A stretch of DNA of 64,000 nucleotides. Origin: a virus. Each line of letters begins with the position of its first letter. Position 1 is the stretch's first letter. Location: IMG/VR virus record IMGVR_UViG_3300037258_001099, positions 32,001 through 96,000 of that record; one strand, written 5' to 3'. The notes below the pieces were generated by a model, which was not told where the DNA came from, did not search any database, and worked only from the letters and a program-made list of their open reading frames with translations. Made by a program: the position numbers and the translations under genes. This document shows positions 16,836-26,333 of the stretch, one piece after another.

Positions 16836-18542
16836 ATGGTCACAACGGTCAAAGTCACCACGAGAGGGCAGCCACCTTTCGAGCAGCAACATGGCATCTC
16901 ACGTAATTTGGCATTAGGCCGCATTCTCCACTTTGAAGCCCTCATGCGCCGTAGACTTGGTGAAGCTCGCACCATGCGCTACGTACGCCTCTTCAACTAC
17001 TACCAGAACCAAAACCTTCCTCCAGACAACGTGGACCAACCCCTGCAAGTCAACTACTTTTCGCGTATCGTGGACAAACATAACGGTTACCTTTGGGGCC
17101 AGTACAAAGAGCGCCTCTTCTCCTGGCGCGTGACCCCAATTGGCAAAGAAGACATGAACCCAGCCGAGCTTGATGAAGCCGAGCAGTTTGGCCGCAAGAT
17201 CAAGCTTTTTCTTGATAAGTGGTATGACGATAACGAGGCCAATGTAACGATCTTCCAGAGCTCCAAAAATGGCAGTCTTTACGGTGATGCCGTCTTTGAG
17301 GTGCGCTACGATGAGTGGAAGCGCTTAGTGGTTCTCGATCCAGTACTCCCAGAATACTTCTACTGCATGTGGGACCCAGGCAATATGCGCGAGGTTCTAG
17401 AGGTCATCATTGCTTACCCCATCGATCGTATTCTTGCGTGGGAGCGCTGGGGATCTTCTGGCAATGATCACTTTCTTGGATACCAGGCACTTAATCCCAT
17501 GTATGCACCAGGGGTTGGAGTCCTCTGGAAACGCTGGAGTCCCGTTGCTCATCAGGTCTGGATCGATGATGTGAATGTCGTCAATATTGCCAATCCCTAT
17601 GCGCCTCAATTCGGTGGCTATCTCTTCCCAGGCGTAATCCCCTTCATCCATATTCCCAACATTCCAGCAGGTGGCGAATATTGGGGACTTGGAGATGCAG
17701 AAAATATCATGCTCATACAAGACGAGCTAAATAGGCGTCTCGCCGATTTTGGCGATATTATGCAAAATCATGCACATCCGATCATTACACTTTCCAACTT
17801 CCGAGGCGAGACAGAGGATCTACCAGTAGGGGCTGACTCGGTATGGGATCTTGGCTCCAATGATGGCAAAGCAGAGCGGCTAGAGGGAACTGGTCCTGGA
17901 AAAGAAGCAATGGACTACTTGCACGAGATAAAGCTCACCATGCACGAGACTGCCTCTATGCCGGAGCAGAGTTATGGTACACAGAGAGGTGGTGCAAGTC
18001 ACAGTTCCGGCGCAGCTTTGGCGCTCACTATGATGCCAGTTATCGAGCGAGCCAAGGAGAAGCGCATTCGTTGGCAGGCAGCTCTCAAAAAGCTGGCTAA
18101 AATGGTGTTCTATATGTACTTTATACGTGACCCACAGCTACTTCAGTCTCAAGGCATTGATTACCCGAGGACTAGACTTTATAATATCGAACCTATTTTC
18201 TACGATATCCTACCAAAGGATGAATTGCAGCTTGTCAACGAGCAGGTTGCATTATACGTCAATGGCCTGCGTAGCCTAGAGGTGTCGCTGCGCAAGCTTG
18301 GAGAAGATGATGTGGCAACGGAGATCAATCGTATCCATTCCGATTTGCAACTCAAAGCCTCTCTTGGACAGCCTACCCCACCAGCAGAGGGCGGAACAGC
18401 AGGCAAAAATTCTGATCAAGGGTTAGGAGGATCAGCCCAGCTTCCAGGAGGCATTGGAGCCTCTGCGTCCAAGCCAGGCACACTCATCTCTAGTCCAGAA
18501 ACCGAGAAGGTTGACTCGGTAGCACTGAGTCAAACGGTGTGA
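16836..18542 (+). CDS. Portal protein (SPP1-like)
   Basis: VNYFSRIVDK, SLYGDAVFEV, IPFIHIPN...WGLGD...QDELNRR, SGAAL; lies between terminase and head genes. Confidence 0.9.
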   Translation: MVTTVKVTTRGQPPFEQQHGISRNLALGRILHFEALMRRRLGEARTMRYVRLFNYYQNQNLPPDNVDQPLQVNYFSRIVDKHNGYLWGQYKERLFSWRVTPIGKEDMNPAELDEAEQFGRKIKLFLDKWYDDNEANVTIFQSSKNGSLYGDAVFEVRYDEWKRLVVLDPVLPEYFYCMWDPGNMREVLEVIIAYPIDRILAWERWGSSGNDHFLGYQALNPMYAPGVGVLWKRWSPVAHQVWIDDVNVVNIANPYAPQFGGYLFPGVIPFIHIPNIPAGGEYWGLGDAENIMLIQDELNRRLADFGDIMQNHAHPIITLSNFRGETEDLPVGADSVWDLGSNDGKAERLEGTGPGKEAMDYLHEIKLTMHETASMPEQSYGTQRGGASHSSGAALALTMMPVIERAKEKRIRWQAALKKLAKMVFYMYFIRDPQLLQSQGIDYPRTRLYNIEPIFYDILPKDELQLVNEQVALYVNGLRSLEVSLRKLGEDDVATEINRIHSDLQLKASLGQPTPPAEGGTAGKNSDQGLGGSAQLPGGIGASASKPGTLISSPETEKVDSVALSQTV

Positions 18543-18546
18543 GATC

Positions 18547-18786
18547 ATGCATTTACGTATTTTAAAGCCGATTAAAGATATTTCTGTCGAGCAGTTTGAG
18601 GTGATAGGGCAGTGTAGCCGCTGTCACGACATTTTTAGTGTTATTGTCTACCGTCATGGCAGTAGCCTTTATGCGGTAGAGACAGCTTCCACCAATCTCG
18701 TGTCCACCTCGCGGAACGAGAAGGTGCTTATTCATCGGCGAGGATCATGTAACGGCGAGGTAAAGCTGTATGGCAACGAGGAATAG
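18547..18786 (+). CDS. Hypothetical protein (CSRC)
   Basis: ORF directly after portal. Confidence 0.5.
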   Translation: MHLRILKPIKDISVEQFEVIGQCSRCHDIFSVIVYRHGSSLYAVETASTNLVSTSRNEKVLIHRRGSCNGEVKLYGNEE

Positions 18787-18991
18787 GCTTAAAGTCACGT
18801 CTTACCAGGAGCAGGCCAGACTCCGGATGATCTCCAATGATTGGGAGCCAAATGGCTACTGGCGCTATCCTGTTATGCGAGCAGAGCAGGATCAGATGTC
18901 AGTACTTGGAGGTATTGGTGACAATGGTGGCACAGATCCAGATCGTTTTCGGACAGTTGGCCCCCTAGAGGCTGATTTTCCAGTCAGCTAG
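18770..18991 (+). CDS. Hypothetical protein
   Basis: GAGG RBS. Confidence 0.55.
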   Translation: MATRNRLKVTSYQEQARLRMISNDWEPNGYWRYPVMRAEQDQMSVLGGIGDNGGTDPDRFRTVGPLEADFPVS

Positions 18992-19000
18992 GAGGGTGCC

Positions 19001-19222
19001 ATGAATGCTGATGACTACAAAAAGTATGGGACAGTCAAATCTGGCGGAAAGAAGAAGTATCCAATTAAGAATGCAAAGTCCGCTAGGTCTGCACTAAAGT
19101 TAATTGGAAATGCAAAACCGCCCTTGAGCTCGTCTCAGAAATCTTCTGTGCGGAGTAGAGCGGCGTCGTTTGGAGTGAAACCCAAGTCTGGATCGGCTGC
19201 TGATCCCAAGGAGAAGAAATAA
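19001..19222 (+). CDS. Basic DUF6582-like head-module protein
   Basis: KKYPIKNAKSARSAL...VRSRAASFGVK resembles the KYPIxDxxHARxAL...RAAKKFG pattern; AGGAGG RBS. Confidence 0.6.
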   Translation: MNADDYKKYGTVKSGGKKKYPIKNAKSARSALKLIGNAKPPLSSSQKSSVRSRAASFGVKPKSGSAADPKEKK

Positions 19223-19431
19223 TGACAAAGAAACCATTTAAGCAAGATCCGCCTGCCCTCAAGAAGAAGGAAGAAAAGTTTGGGGATCAGGATGGTGACG
19301 GCGAAGCGGGAGAAGCACCTTCTCATGTCAAAAAGGTGAAAGCTGCCGAAAAGAAGCAGAAGTCTGGGTTTGTTCCTTTTCAGAAAGGCGGGAAATCTGA
19401 TGGCAAAGCCAAAACAAAAGCCAAAAAATAA
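19222..19431 (+). CDS. Small Lys-rich protein
   Basis: AGGAG RBS, TAATG coupling. Confidence 0.55.
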   Translation: MTKKPFKQDPPALKKKEEKFGDQDGDGEAGEAPSHVKKVKAAEKKQKSGFVPFQKGGKSDGKAKTKAKK

Positions 19432-19561
19432 CATATCGCCACTTATGCGCAATCAGAAGCCTGTTGCCAAAGTCAGCAAGAGCAACATGGCTTCCGGCGT
19501 CGGCGATAAGGTGTGTCCGTCATGTAAAGCCAAAGGCAAGACTTCTTGCTCGTGCATATAG
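19400..19561 (+). CDS. Small basic Cys-containing protein
   Basis: MAKPKQKPK...CPSCKAKGKTSCSC. Confidence 0.45.
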   Translation: MAKPKQKPKNNISPLMRNQKPVAKVSKSNMASGVGDKVCPSCKAKGKTSCSCI

Positions 19562-19570
19562 GAGGGAGCT

Positions 19571-19798
19571 GTGGGCGATAGACTCCACGAAGGGGTTTCG
19601 GGAGATGACGCCGCTATCTTCTCGATCAATACCACGGACAATAGCGACGACAATGAGACAGAGGACCCGACTGGGAAGAGGTCTCAAATGCAGCCGTCTC
19701 TACCGTGGACATATGGGATGCGGAGAGTGAAGACAGGGGGATCTCCCAGCGGTCATGTTCCCAATATCACTCCAGGAGCAAAGCGTGTTCAGTGGTAG
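19571..19798 (+). CDS. Hypothetical protein
   Basis: GGAGGGAG RBS before GTG. Confidence 0.5.
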   Translation: MGDRLHEGVSGDDAAIFSINTTDNSDDNETEDPTGKRSQMQPSLPWTYGMRRVKTGGSPSGHVPNITPGAKRVQW

Positions 19799-19962
19799 TT
19801 TAGTTGCGCCACTATCAAGGTGGTTGCTAGTCTTGAAAAAATAGGAGCAAGGTTCGCAAACGAGCGAGAAGCTGATTGACGAATTTCTCACCCACCTATC
19901 CAGCTCTCACGTTCGCTCTGTGTCCTGCTCCTCTCGTTACACACATTCAAGGAGAATCCCAA

Positions 19963-20790
19963 ATGGACCCAAATACAGGTGATCCTACTACGCAGCCACC
20001 AGCGGTCACTCCCCCGCTCGCTGAGCCATCTCAGCAGTCTGGGAGCACTGTGCCAGGTGCGTCGGTCAGCACCCCAGCTTCAACAGGACCCAGTGTCGCA
20101 GATTTGGTTGCACAATGGGAAAAGCGCCATCGTGATCTGATGTCAGAGAAAGATAGAATGGCAAATGATCGCGATAAAGCAATTGCAGCCCAGGTAAAAA
20201 TGCAGGAAGAACATACTGCCCTCAAAGAGCAGAGTTCCAATGCCCTTACCGGAGCCGCACAAACCACCCAGAGTGCGATCGATCAAGCAAAGATCCTTGC
20301 AGACAAAATCGCTCAGCTCGAAGCTGAAAATGTTCGCAATAGAGTTTTGCTTGAAAATCCAGACCTTGCCCCATACGCCGCCCTTATCCCGCCATCGTCT
20401 GACGAGGCCAAGGTACGAGAGACGGTTGCTAATCTTAAAAAGATCAATGAAGAGCAGTTTAAACGACTTGCTTCTCAGCCTGTCCAGCAGCAACAGCAGC
20501 TACCTGCGGGAGGTCAGCCTCCGCAGCAGGTAGCCGATATTATGAGTCTGTACGCAGGTCGTCCTGGTATGAACCCCATGCTGCCAGGAATGCCACTTGC
20601 TCAACTTCCTGGCTCTACTCCGGCTGCTATGGCACCAGCAGGTTCAGTTGAGGACCAAAACAAGGCGATCGATGAGATCTTAACAGAGGCAAAAAAGTCT
20701 GGGGACCCACAAAAGTTTGCGGCAGCACTTGAAGAGGCGAAATCCAGAGCAAAGGCACTTGTGAACAGTGTCACGGGATACTCCTCATAA
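19963..20790 (+). CDS. Capsid scaffolding protein
   Basis: AAGGAG RBS; disordered N-terminus, central coiled coil, helical C-terminus; immediately upstream of the capsid gene. Confidence 0.75.
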   Translation: MDPNTGDPTTQPPAVTPPLAEPSQQSGSTVPGASVSTPASTGPSVADLVAQWEKRHRDLMSEKDRMANDRDKAIAAQVKMQEEHTALKEQSSNALTGAAQTTQSAIDQAKILADKIAQLEAENVRNRVLLENPDLAPYAALIPPSSDEAKVRETVANLKKINEEQFKRLASQPVQQQQQLPAGGQPPQQVADIMSLYAGRPGMNPMLPGMPLAQLPGSTPAAMAPAGSVEDQNKAIDEILTEAKKSGDPQKFAAALEEAKSRAKALVNSVTGYSS

Positions 20791-20793
20791 GAT

Positions 20794-20837
20794 AGAACAA
20801 TTTCCGGTAATCACTTTTCATTACCGGAAATTGTTCT
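20794..20837. repeat. Perfect 18-bp inverted repeat with 8-bp spacer
   Basis: AGAACAATTTCCGGTAAT-CACTTTTC-ATTACCGGAAATTGTTCT; 12-bp core arms recur at 47859-47890. Confidence 0.9.
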
Positions 20838-20854
20838 GACGATAGAGGAAAGCC

Positions 20855-22120
20855 ATGGCCGGAACGATTTATTCGGACATCATTACAACTTCGGCTTTGC
20901 CGGATAGCATGCGTATAATCTACTCAAATGAGCTAGAATTTACGTCGCTCCCTAATTTAATGTTTGACCAGCCTGCGTTTGTAGAGCCACGAAATGACTT
21001 TTCTGCAAAACGCGGCGAGCAGGTCATTTGGACGATCTACCATCAGATTGCGCCATCCATCGCTCCGCTTTCTGAAAACCAGGATATTGAGGGTGGCTCG
21101 GTCGAAGACCATCAGGTAAGCTTCACCGTGAACGAGTATGGTACAGCAATCGGTACGGCTGAGAAGCTGGATTTGCTCTCCTACCATGGCCCCATCGGTA
21201 ACATTGTGCGGTCCCTGCTAGCTCCTCACGAGGCGCTCACGCTCGACACGCTCTGCCGAAATATGTTCTGGTATGCCCCTAATCGCACACTGATGGACAA
21301 CACGCTCGTTGGACCTGCGTTCCAGAGCTTCACTGGCGGTGCTGCAAGCCGCGAGACGCTCACCCAAGATTCCATCATGACCGCAGACGTGGCACGCCTG
21401 ATTGCGCTTCACCTCACCATTCGCCGTGTGCCAACTATGAGTGGGCAAGAGCCAAGCTACTTGTGTCTTACCCACCCAAGCGTAACATATGATTTACGCG
21501 CAGATCCGTTCTGGAAGGATGCCCAGCTTTATGCAGGCGCAACAAAGATCTTTAACGGCGAAGAAGGCATGATTCACGGGGTTCGCTTCATTAAGAGCGA
21601 TCGCGCCAGAATTGCAAATGGCGGCCTAGTTAAGGAACAAACCACGCTAGCCGCCGCCTATAGCCAAGGTGTGAACCAGATTGCAGTTACCTCTGCTGCT
21701 GGCTTCAACATTGGCGACGAGATCACGCTGCACGCAACTGGTACTGCAAAGACGGTGGGCTCCACTTCCTGGACTGCCCCTGATGGCCGCGATGCAACCC
21801 AGGAAGATGTCGTGATCAAAGCTATCAACAGTAATACCCTCACCCTCACCAACAAGACCATGCTCGCGCACTCTGCTGGTGACTTTGTGACGGAAGGGCT
21901 GGATGTCTATCCGATGACCTTCTTGGGTGGACTTGCCGCAGTGGGTAAGGGCACAGTCATTCCACCTGAAGTTAGAGTAAGTTTACCAACTGATAAACTG
22001 CGTAGAATCAACTATGTCGGGTGGTACGGTCTCTTTGGATATGGGGTTATCAGAGACTGGGCCTACGAAATTGTGGAAACTGCCGCTTCCGTAAATGTGG
22101 CACCTATATACGGGTTCTAA
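20855..22120 (+). CDS. Major capsid protein (N4-gp56-like) with inserted beta domain
   Basis: PLSE, TVNEYG, THPSVTYDLRADPFWKDAQLYAG..IFNGEEG.IHGVRFI, DKLRRINYVGWYG. Confidence 0.9.
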   Translation: MAGTIYSDIITTSALPDSMRIIYSNELEFTSLPNLMFDQPAFVEPRNDFSAKRGEQVIWTIYHQIAPSIAPLSENQDIEGGSVEDHQVSFTVNEYGTAIGTAEKLDLLSYHGPIGNIVRSLLAPHEALTLDTLCRNMFWYAPNRTLMDNTLVGPAFQSFTGGAASRETLTQDSIMTADVARLIALHLTIRRVPTMSGQEPSYLCLTHPSVTYDLRADPFWKDAQLYAGATKIFNGEEGMIHGVRFIKSDRARIANGGLVKEQTTLAAAYSQGVNQIAVTSAAGFNIGDEITLHATGTAKTVGSTSWTAPDGRDATQEDVVIKAINSNTLTLTNKTMLAHSAGDFVTEGLDVYPMTFLGGLAAVGKGTVIPPEVRVSLPTDKLRRINYVGWYGLFGYGVIRDWAYEIVETAASVNVAPIYGF

Positions 22121-22162
22121 TGATTGCTGGGGGTGCTAAGCACCCCTACGAGGAGAGAGATC

Positions 22163-22450
22163 ATGGCTGATGGTGAAAACTTCATGGCAAGAAATCGCAA
22201 AATCAATGGCGCGTATGATCCCGCACCCACGCCTAATAGCAAGGCTCGACAGATTGCGGCGAACGGACCTGTTCCAGGCGATCCTTCAGATCCACTTTTT
22301 ACTCCGTCCATGTCTACTTGCGAGGCAATTAATGAGGCACATTACCAGGGCGGCATCAGCGGCGCTGGTCCTTATAGTAAGAGCTATGAAGACAAGATGC
22401 CTTACACTGGCGAGCGTCCGTTCCCTGAGCAGAAGTTAAAGGGTAGGTAG
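22163..22450 (+). CDS. Hypothetical virion-module protein
   Basis: AGGAG RBS before MADGENF. Confidence 0.6.
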   Translation: MADGENFMARNRKINGAYDPAPTPNSKARQIAANGPVPGDPSDPLFTPSMSTCEAINEAHYQGGISGAGPYSKSYEDKMPYTGERPFPEQKLKGR

Positions 22451-22453
22451 CTT

Positions 22454-22933
22454 GTGGCAACTGCTCCAGTCATCGAGTGGAGGGCGTCACTTACGCCCTT
22501 CGCTGTTGTATCGTCCCAAGCCTTTACTGGATCGGGATTCAGCGGGGCAATCCCTGCTGGGACCAATTCCAATACGGTCCAGGTGCGCATTTACAACAAT
22601 TTTTCCAATGCTGCATCCATCGCTGATGCGACCAATGCAGTGATCGCAGTCTACGATGACACCGTGCATCAGGGGGCCGCAACGGCTGTGCCAACCACGA
22701 GCAAATATGTGCAGGTGGAAGTCAATGACTACAACGGGACAACCACTGGGCAAGATAGCACCTTCTTCCCCATTGGTGGCTCGATTAAACATGCGATACC
22801 TGTGAACTCGGGGACGATTGGTGGAGCAAGCCCGAATTATGTGTCGGTAACCATTCAGATTGCTGTGCCAAGCGGTGCAACGCAAGGTGCGGTCAGCCAG
22901 GGGATATGGTGTGAATATAACTCCGTTGCTTAA
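22454..22933 (+). CDS. Putative structural protein (beta-rich)
   Basis: S/T/G/A-rich ORF in the virion operon. Confidence 0.7.
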   Translation: MATAPVIEWRASLTPFAVVSSQAFTGSGFSGAIPAGTNSNTVQVRIYNNFSNAASIADATNAVIAVYDDTVHQGAATAVPTTSKYVQVEVNDYNGTTTGQDSTFFPIGGSIKHAIPVNSGTIGGASPNYVSVTIQIAVPSGATQGAVSQGIWCEYNSVA

Positions 22934-23294
22934 TAGTGATCCGCCTTCCTGGGATGTGATCTTTGAAGATGATAGCCATGCCTCATCAAAGAGTGTCTCG
23001 TGGGCAAACTTTTCGGATTGCACTCAGATTGATGGGGTGACTGTCTATCTCTCGCGCCGCAACATATTCCAGATCACTATTGCCTCTGCATATAGCATTC
23101 ATAGCCTGCTCATGGAGGAGCCACAGTCCTGCTTTGGCTTTCATCGCTTGAGATCACGACTTGCAGAGGATCAGGCAGAGTGGCTCTATAGCGCTTTTGG
23201 CTATGCGACAGAAGAGAATCGCATCATCCTCCAGGTAACCCAGACTTCTGGCAGAATGCTTATTCAGAAACGCTCAACGCCTTTTGTGCTCTAA
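22911..23294 (+). CDS. Hypothetical protein
   Basis: Coupled ORF, likely GTG start. Confidence 0.55.
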   Translation: MNITPLLNSDPPSWDVIFEDDSHASSKSVSWANFSDCTQIDGVTVYLSRRNIFQITIASAYSIHSLLMEEPQSCFGFHRLRSRLAEDQAEWLYSAFGYATEENRIILQVTQTSGRMLIQKRSTPFVL

Positions 23295-23307
23295 AGGATA
23301 GAAGAAC

Positions 23308-24000
23308 ATGGCATCACGAGATTACACTCAGGTCCACGATGATATTGGACCAATCCAGGGTCAGCTTGATAATCCAGTAGCCAGAGAATTTACTACCCAG
23401 GCTGCTGAAAATGTACGCTCAATCGTGGCATCCAATGGTCGAATTACCCGTATTGGGGACGGGGCGGTTGTCCCTAAAGGAACCAAGCGTATCATCTGGT
23501 CGAGCGAGGGCTACACCTATCGCGGAGTCACTATTCCAGCGCTTACTGCTGCTCAGAAGAAAGCTACTGGCTCAGTTGCGACCAATATCAGCGCGGCATC
23601 GCTTCCAACTGGCTTCACGCTTCCAACCACGCTTGATCTGTCCCCTGCGAGGTATTTGGCGCTCGTTGTCAGTTACACATCGCTTACGGGAGGCAGCTCA
23701 CCAACAATCGCCTTTGAGCTGGATCTGCTCGATGACTCGGCAGGACCAATCAAGTTTCCTGTCTGGAATCCTGCGGCATTTAGTGGAGCAACACCTATCC
23801 TTTCATATGTCAATGTGGGTCCAGGACTGACTTCACCGCCAGCTAGCGCACCTACAGGATACGCTAACCAGACAATTGCAACGAACTGGACGGTGTATAT
23901 GGTTCCACTGGTGCTCTTGCCAAATGGGAACCTTACCTGGACTGTTACTGGAAGCCCAACTGCTGCTTCCTGGATCGCAGAGCTTTACGGCACATTTTAG
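23308..24000 (+). CDS. Putative structural protein
   Basis: AAGGA RBS; beta-rich S/T/G composition. Confidence 0.7.
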   Translation: MASRDYTQVHDDIGPIQGQLDNPVAREFTTQAAENVRSIVASNGRITRIGDGAVVPKGTKRIIWSSEGYTYRGVTIPALTAAQKKATGSVATNISAASLPTGFTLPTTLDLSPARYLALVVSYTSLTGGSSPTIAFELDLLDDSAGPIKFPVWNPAAFSGATPILSYVNVGPGLTSPPASAPTGYANQTIATNWTVYMVPLVLLPNGNLTWTVTGSPTAASWIAELYGTF

Positions 24001-24012
24001 GAAGGCAAGAGA

Positions 24013-25047
24013 ATGGTTCGGGAACAGTTCAAAAATTTCGCAACCTCAGCACTCAATGGTGCGATAACCAGCGGCTCGACCAGCATTGTGCTCACTGGTG
24101 GCTCAGGTGGTAACTTTCCGTCTGTGGGCAACTTTGTCATTGTGATCGACACCGAGCTCATTCTCATTGCCAGTAGATCAACTGACACGCTTACCGTTGC
24201 CTCCGGTGGACGCGGCTTTGATGGAACATCTGCCGCGTCCCACAACAGCGCGACAACCGTCCAGCTCCCGCTGTGTTCCTACAATCTAGACCATATCTGG
24301 GCCAATCTTGCTGATACCTTTAACCCAATAGTGCCACCAGTCCAAACACCGCTCTCGGCATCAGGAGTACCAACAGGATCGGCAGATAGCCATGACAATG
24401 AGATGGAAGCGCAAGGCTCCTGGGTACTCAATCCAACAAGTCTTCCGTCAGGGGCAAACTTTGATATTGGTGTGACGACACGTTCCCATCTCACATTTGC
24501 TCGTGGTACCTCTGATACTACACTTTATGCAGCCTATGTGGCCTTTGCGCCAGGCTCATCGACACCACTCACCCTTACCTGTAAACTCTCTGATGCGATC
24601 AATATCCAGCAAAATGGCAACAATACCGTTGAGACCCATTTCTTTGTGAGTGACCAGTCAACGCCAACGGCCTCAGCCGATGCAGGCAACGCAATGCGCA
24701 TTGATGTTCAGATCAATGCAGCATTTAGTGGTGCCTCATGGACTGGATTTCGCAATGTTCGTAGCGTCAAGGATGTGACAGGTACAGGAACAGCGCTGAC
24801 TCCTTCTGTGCCCGTTTCTTTGGGGATGCCTCTTTATTTGCGTATTAACTATGATGGAGCTGGAAAATGGAGAACGTTTTTTGGAGATGGGATCACCTAT
24901 ACACTCCTTTCAGAGGTAGGATCATTTACTTTTGCTCCACAGTCTTGTGGTATTCACTTTTATACACCAGTTACATCGCTTTCGCATTACGTGCTCATTG
25001 ATTTTGTAAGAGTGCTGGTCGGAACACGCCTCCAGTTCTGGGGGTAG
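24013..25047 (+). CDS. Putative tail/fibre-associated protein
   Basis: N-terminal LNGAITSGSTSI...ELILI...TLTV..GRG.DGT.AASH domain seen in virion proteins; beta-sandwich-like C-terminus. Confidence 0.7.
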   Translation: MVREQFKNFATSALNGAITSGSTSIVLTGGSGGNFPSVGNFVIVIDTELILIASRSTDTLTVASGGRGFDGTSAASHNSATTVQLPLCSYNLDHIWANLADTFNPIVPPVQTPLSASGVPTGSADSHDNEMEAQGSWVLNPTSLPSGANFDIGVTTRSHLTFARGTSDTTLYAAYVAFAPGSSTPLTLTCKLSDAINIQQNGNNTVETHFFVSDQSTPTASADAGNAMRIDVQINAAFSGASWTGFRNVRSVKDVTGTGTALTPSVPVSLGMPLYLRINYDGAGKWRTFFGDGITYTLLSEVGSFTFAPQSCGIHFYTPVTSLSHYVLIDFVRVLVGTRLQFWG

Positions 25048-25050
25048 GCC

Positions 25051-25713
25051 ATGCCAAATTTTACACTTGCGCAAGGTCAAATCGGACAATCTCGCTACGG
25101 CGATGGTCTTGTAGCCCCCACGTTTACCCATAGCGCGAAGATGGGGATTACCTACGTAATCGGCTCGGTGGCCGGAACGATTAGCACCACGGGACTTGTT
25201 GCAATCTTTGGACAACCTCGCTACGGCGATGAACTTGGTATCTCACTGCTTCCTCGTGTGAATGCCATGGGGCTCTCCTACATCATAGTTGCCTCTAAGT
25301 ATGCAGTCCCCATGGGCCTCACCTATACTATCCAGCGTCCACATACTGCCCCCATGCTCATCTATTATTTGATTGTGCCTCCTTCAAATTTCACCATTAA
25401 TGGCGATGGCTCTATCATTAATCCTGACCAGATGAATTATGGGCCACGTCCAGTTGTCGCAAGGAGCCTGCTTGCGACCCCTATTGAGCAGGGTCTCGAT
25501 GCCGTTACCTGGAGCTGGGCTATTCTCTCATGGCCGGAGTACAAGCAGATTGTCAGCCATTACAATCCAGTGTCCCCTATTGTCACTATTGGATATATAG
25601 GAGAAGACGGCAACTGGGCACAGCGGCAGGCAGTGATGCATCCGCCGACCTACGGTCATATGGAGACCATGCTCTTTTACGATACGTCCATTTTGTTTTC
25701 AATTCTGCTGTGA
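25051..25713 (+). CDS. Structural protein with Dit-like C-terminal domain
   Basis: NPDQMNYGPRP...G..AVTWSW resembles 55646-56170; N-terminal RYGD and MGxxYxI repeats. Confidence 0.6.
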   Translation: MPNFTLAQGQIGQSRYGDGLVAPTFTHSAKMGITYVIGSVAGTISTTGLVAIFGQPRYGDELGISLLPRVNAMGLSYIIVASKYAVPMGLTYTIQRPHTAPMLIYYLIVPPSNFTINGDGSIINPDQMNYGPRPVVARSLLATPIEQGLDAVTWSWAILSWPEYKQIVSHYNPVSPIVTIGYIGEDGNWAQRQAVMHPPTYGHMETMLFYDTSILFSILL

Positions 25714-25721
25714 GGTGTATC

Positions 25722-26333
25722 ATGACCAGACTTCCGCAAGACCCCAATGATTTTCCAGCGCTTGGGCTCTATAATCCAGGGGTTCCTGTTGCTCCAGCAC
25801 TTTCCCAGTTTCTGACAAAGGACAGTACTGGCGAACAAGTGGCAACCCAGGCCATGGCCGAGGCTGTTGCTGCGTTTATCGCTATGGGAAAAGGCTATAG
25901 TGCCTCAACGGGCATCATAAGTGCAGCAGCATCAACCAACAACTATCCACTCTCGGTTTTTAATCCGTCCTCGTCAGGTAAATCTCTTGCAATTTATAGT
26001 GTGCAATTTGCCAATGGTTCGGGAGGGGCAACAGGACTACTTCAGATGACGGACACAAACCCAGCTTTTGGCTCTCAGATTACCCCTATCAGTGATCTCG
26101 GATCTGGTAGCGCGTCAGCTCTACCAGGGGCAGCAGTTACCTCCACTGCAACGTCACAGTCGCTCGCTGGGAGCTTCAAGCAGGTTGCAACGCTTTTCGC
26201 TGATACTGTTGAGGTGCTTACCAATGGAGCAATGATCGTGCTTCCGGCTGGCACAAATAGCGGCTTGGTGGCCTATTTGCAAAGCTATGGCGTTGGGATA
26301 AATAGCGTTCTCATCCGGTGGGTTGAGCTTTGA
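25722..26333 (+). CDS. Putative structural protein
   Basis: GAGG RBS; S/T/A/G-rich. Confidence 0.65.
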   Translation: MTRLPQDPNDFPALGLYNPGVPVAPALSQFLTKDSTGEQVATQAMAEAVAAFIAMGKGYSASTGIISAAASTNNYPLSVFNPSSSGKSLAIYSVQFANGSGGATGLLQMTDTNPAFGSQITPISDLGSGSASALPGAAVTSTATSQSLAGSFKQVATLFADTVEVLTNGAMIVLPAGTNSGLVAYLQSYGVGINSVLIRWVEL

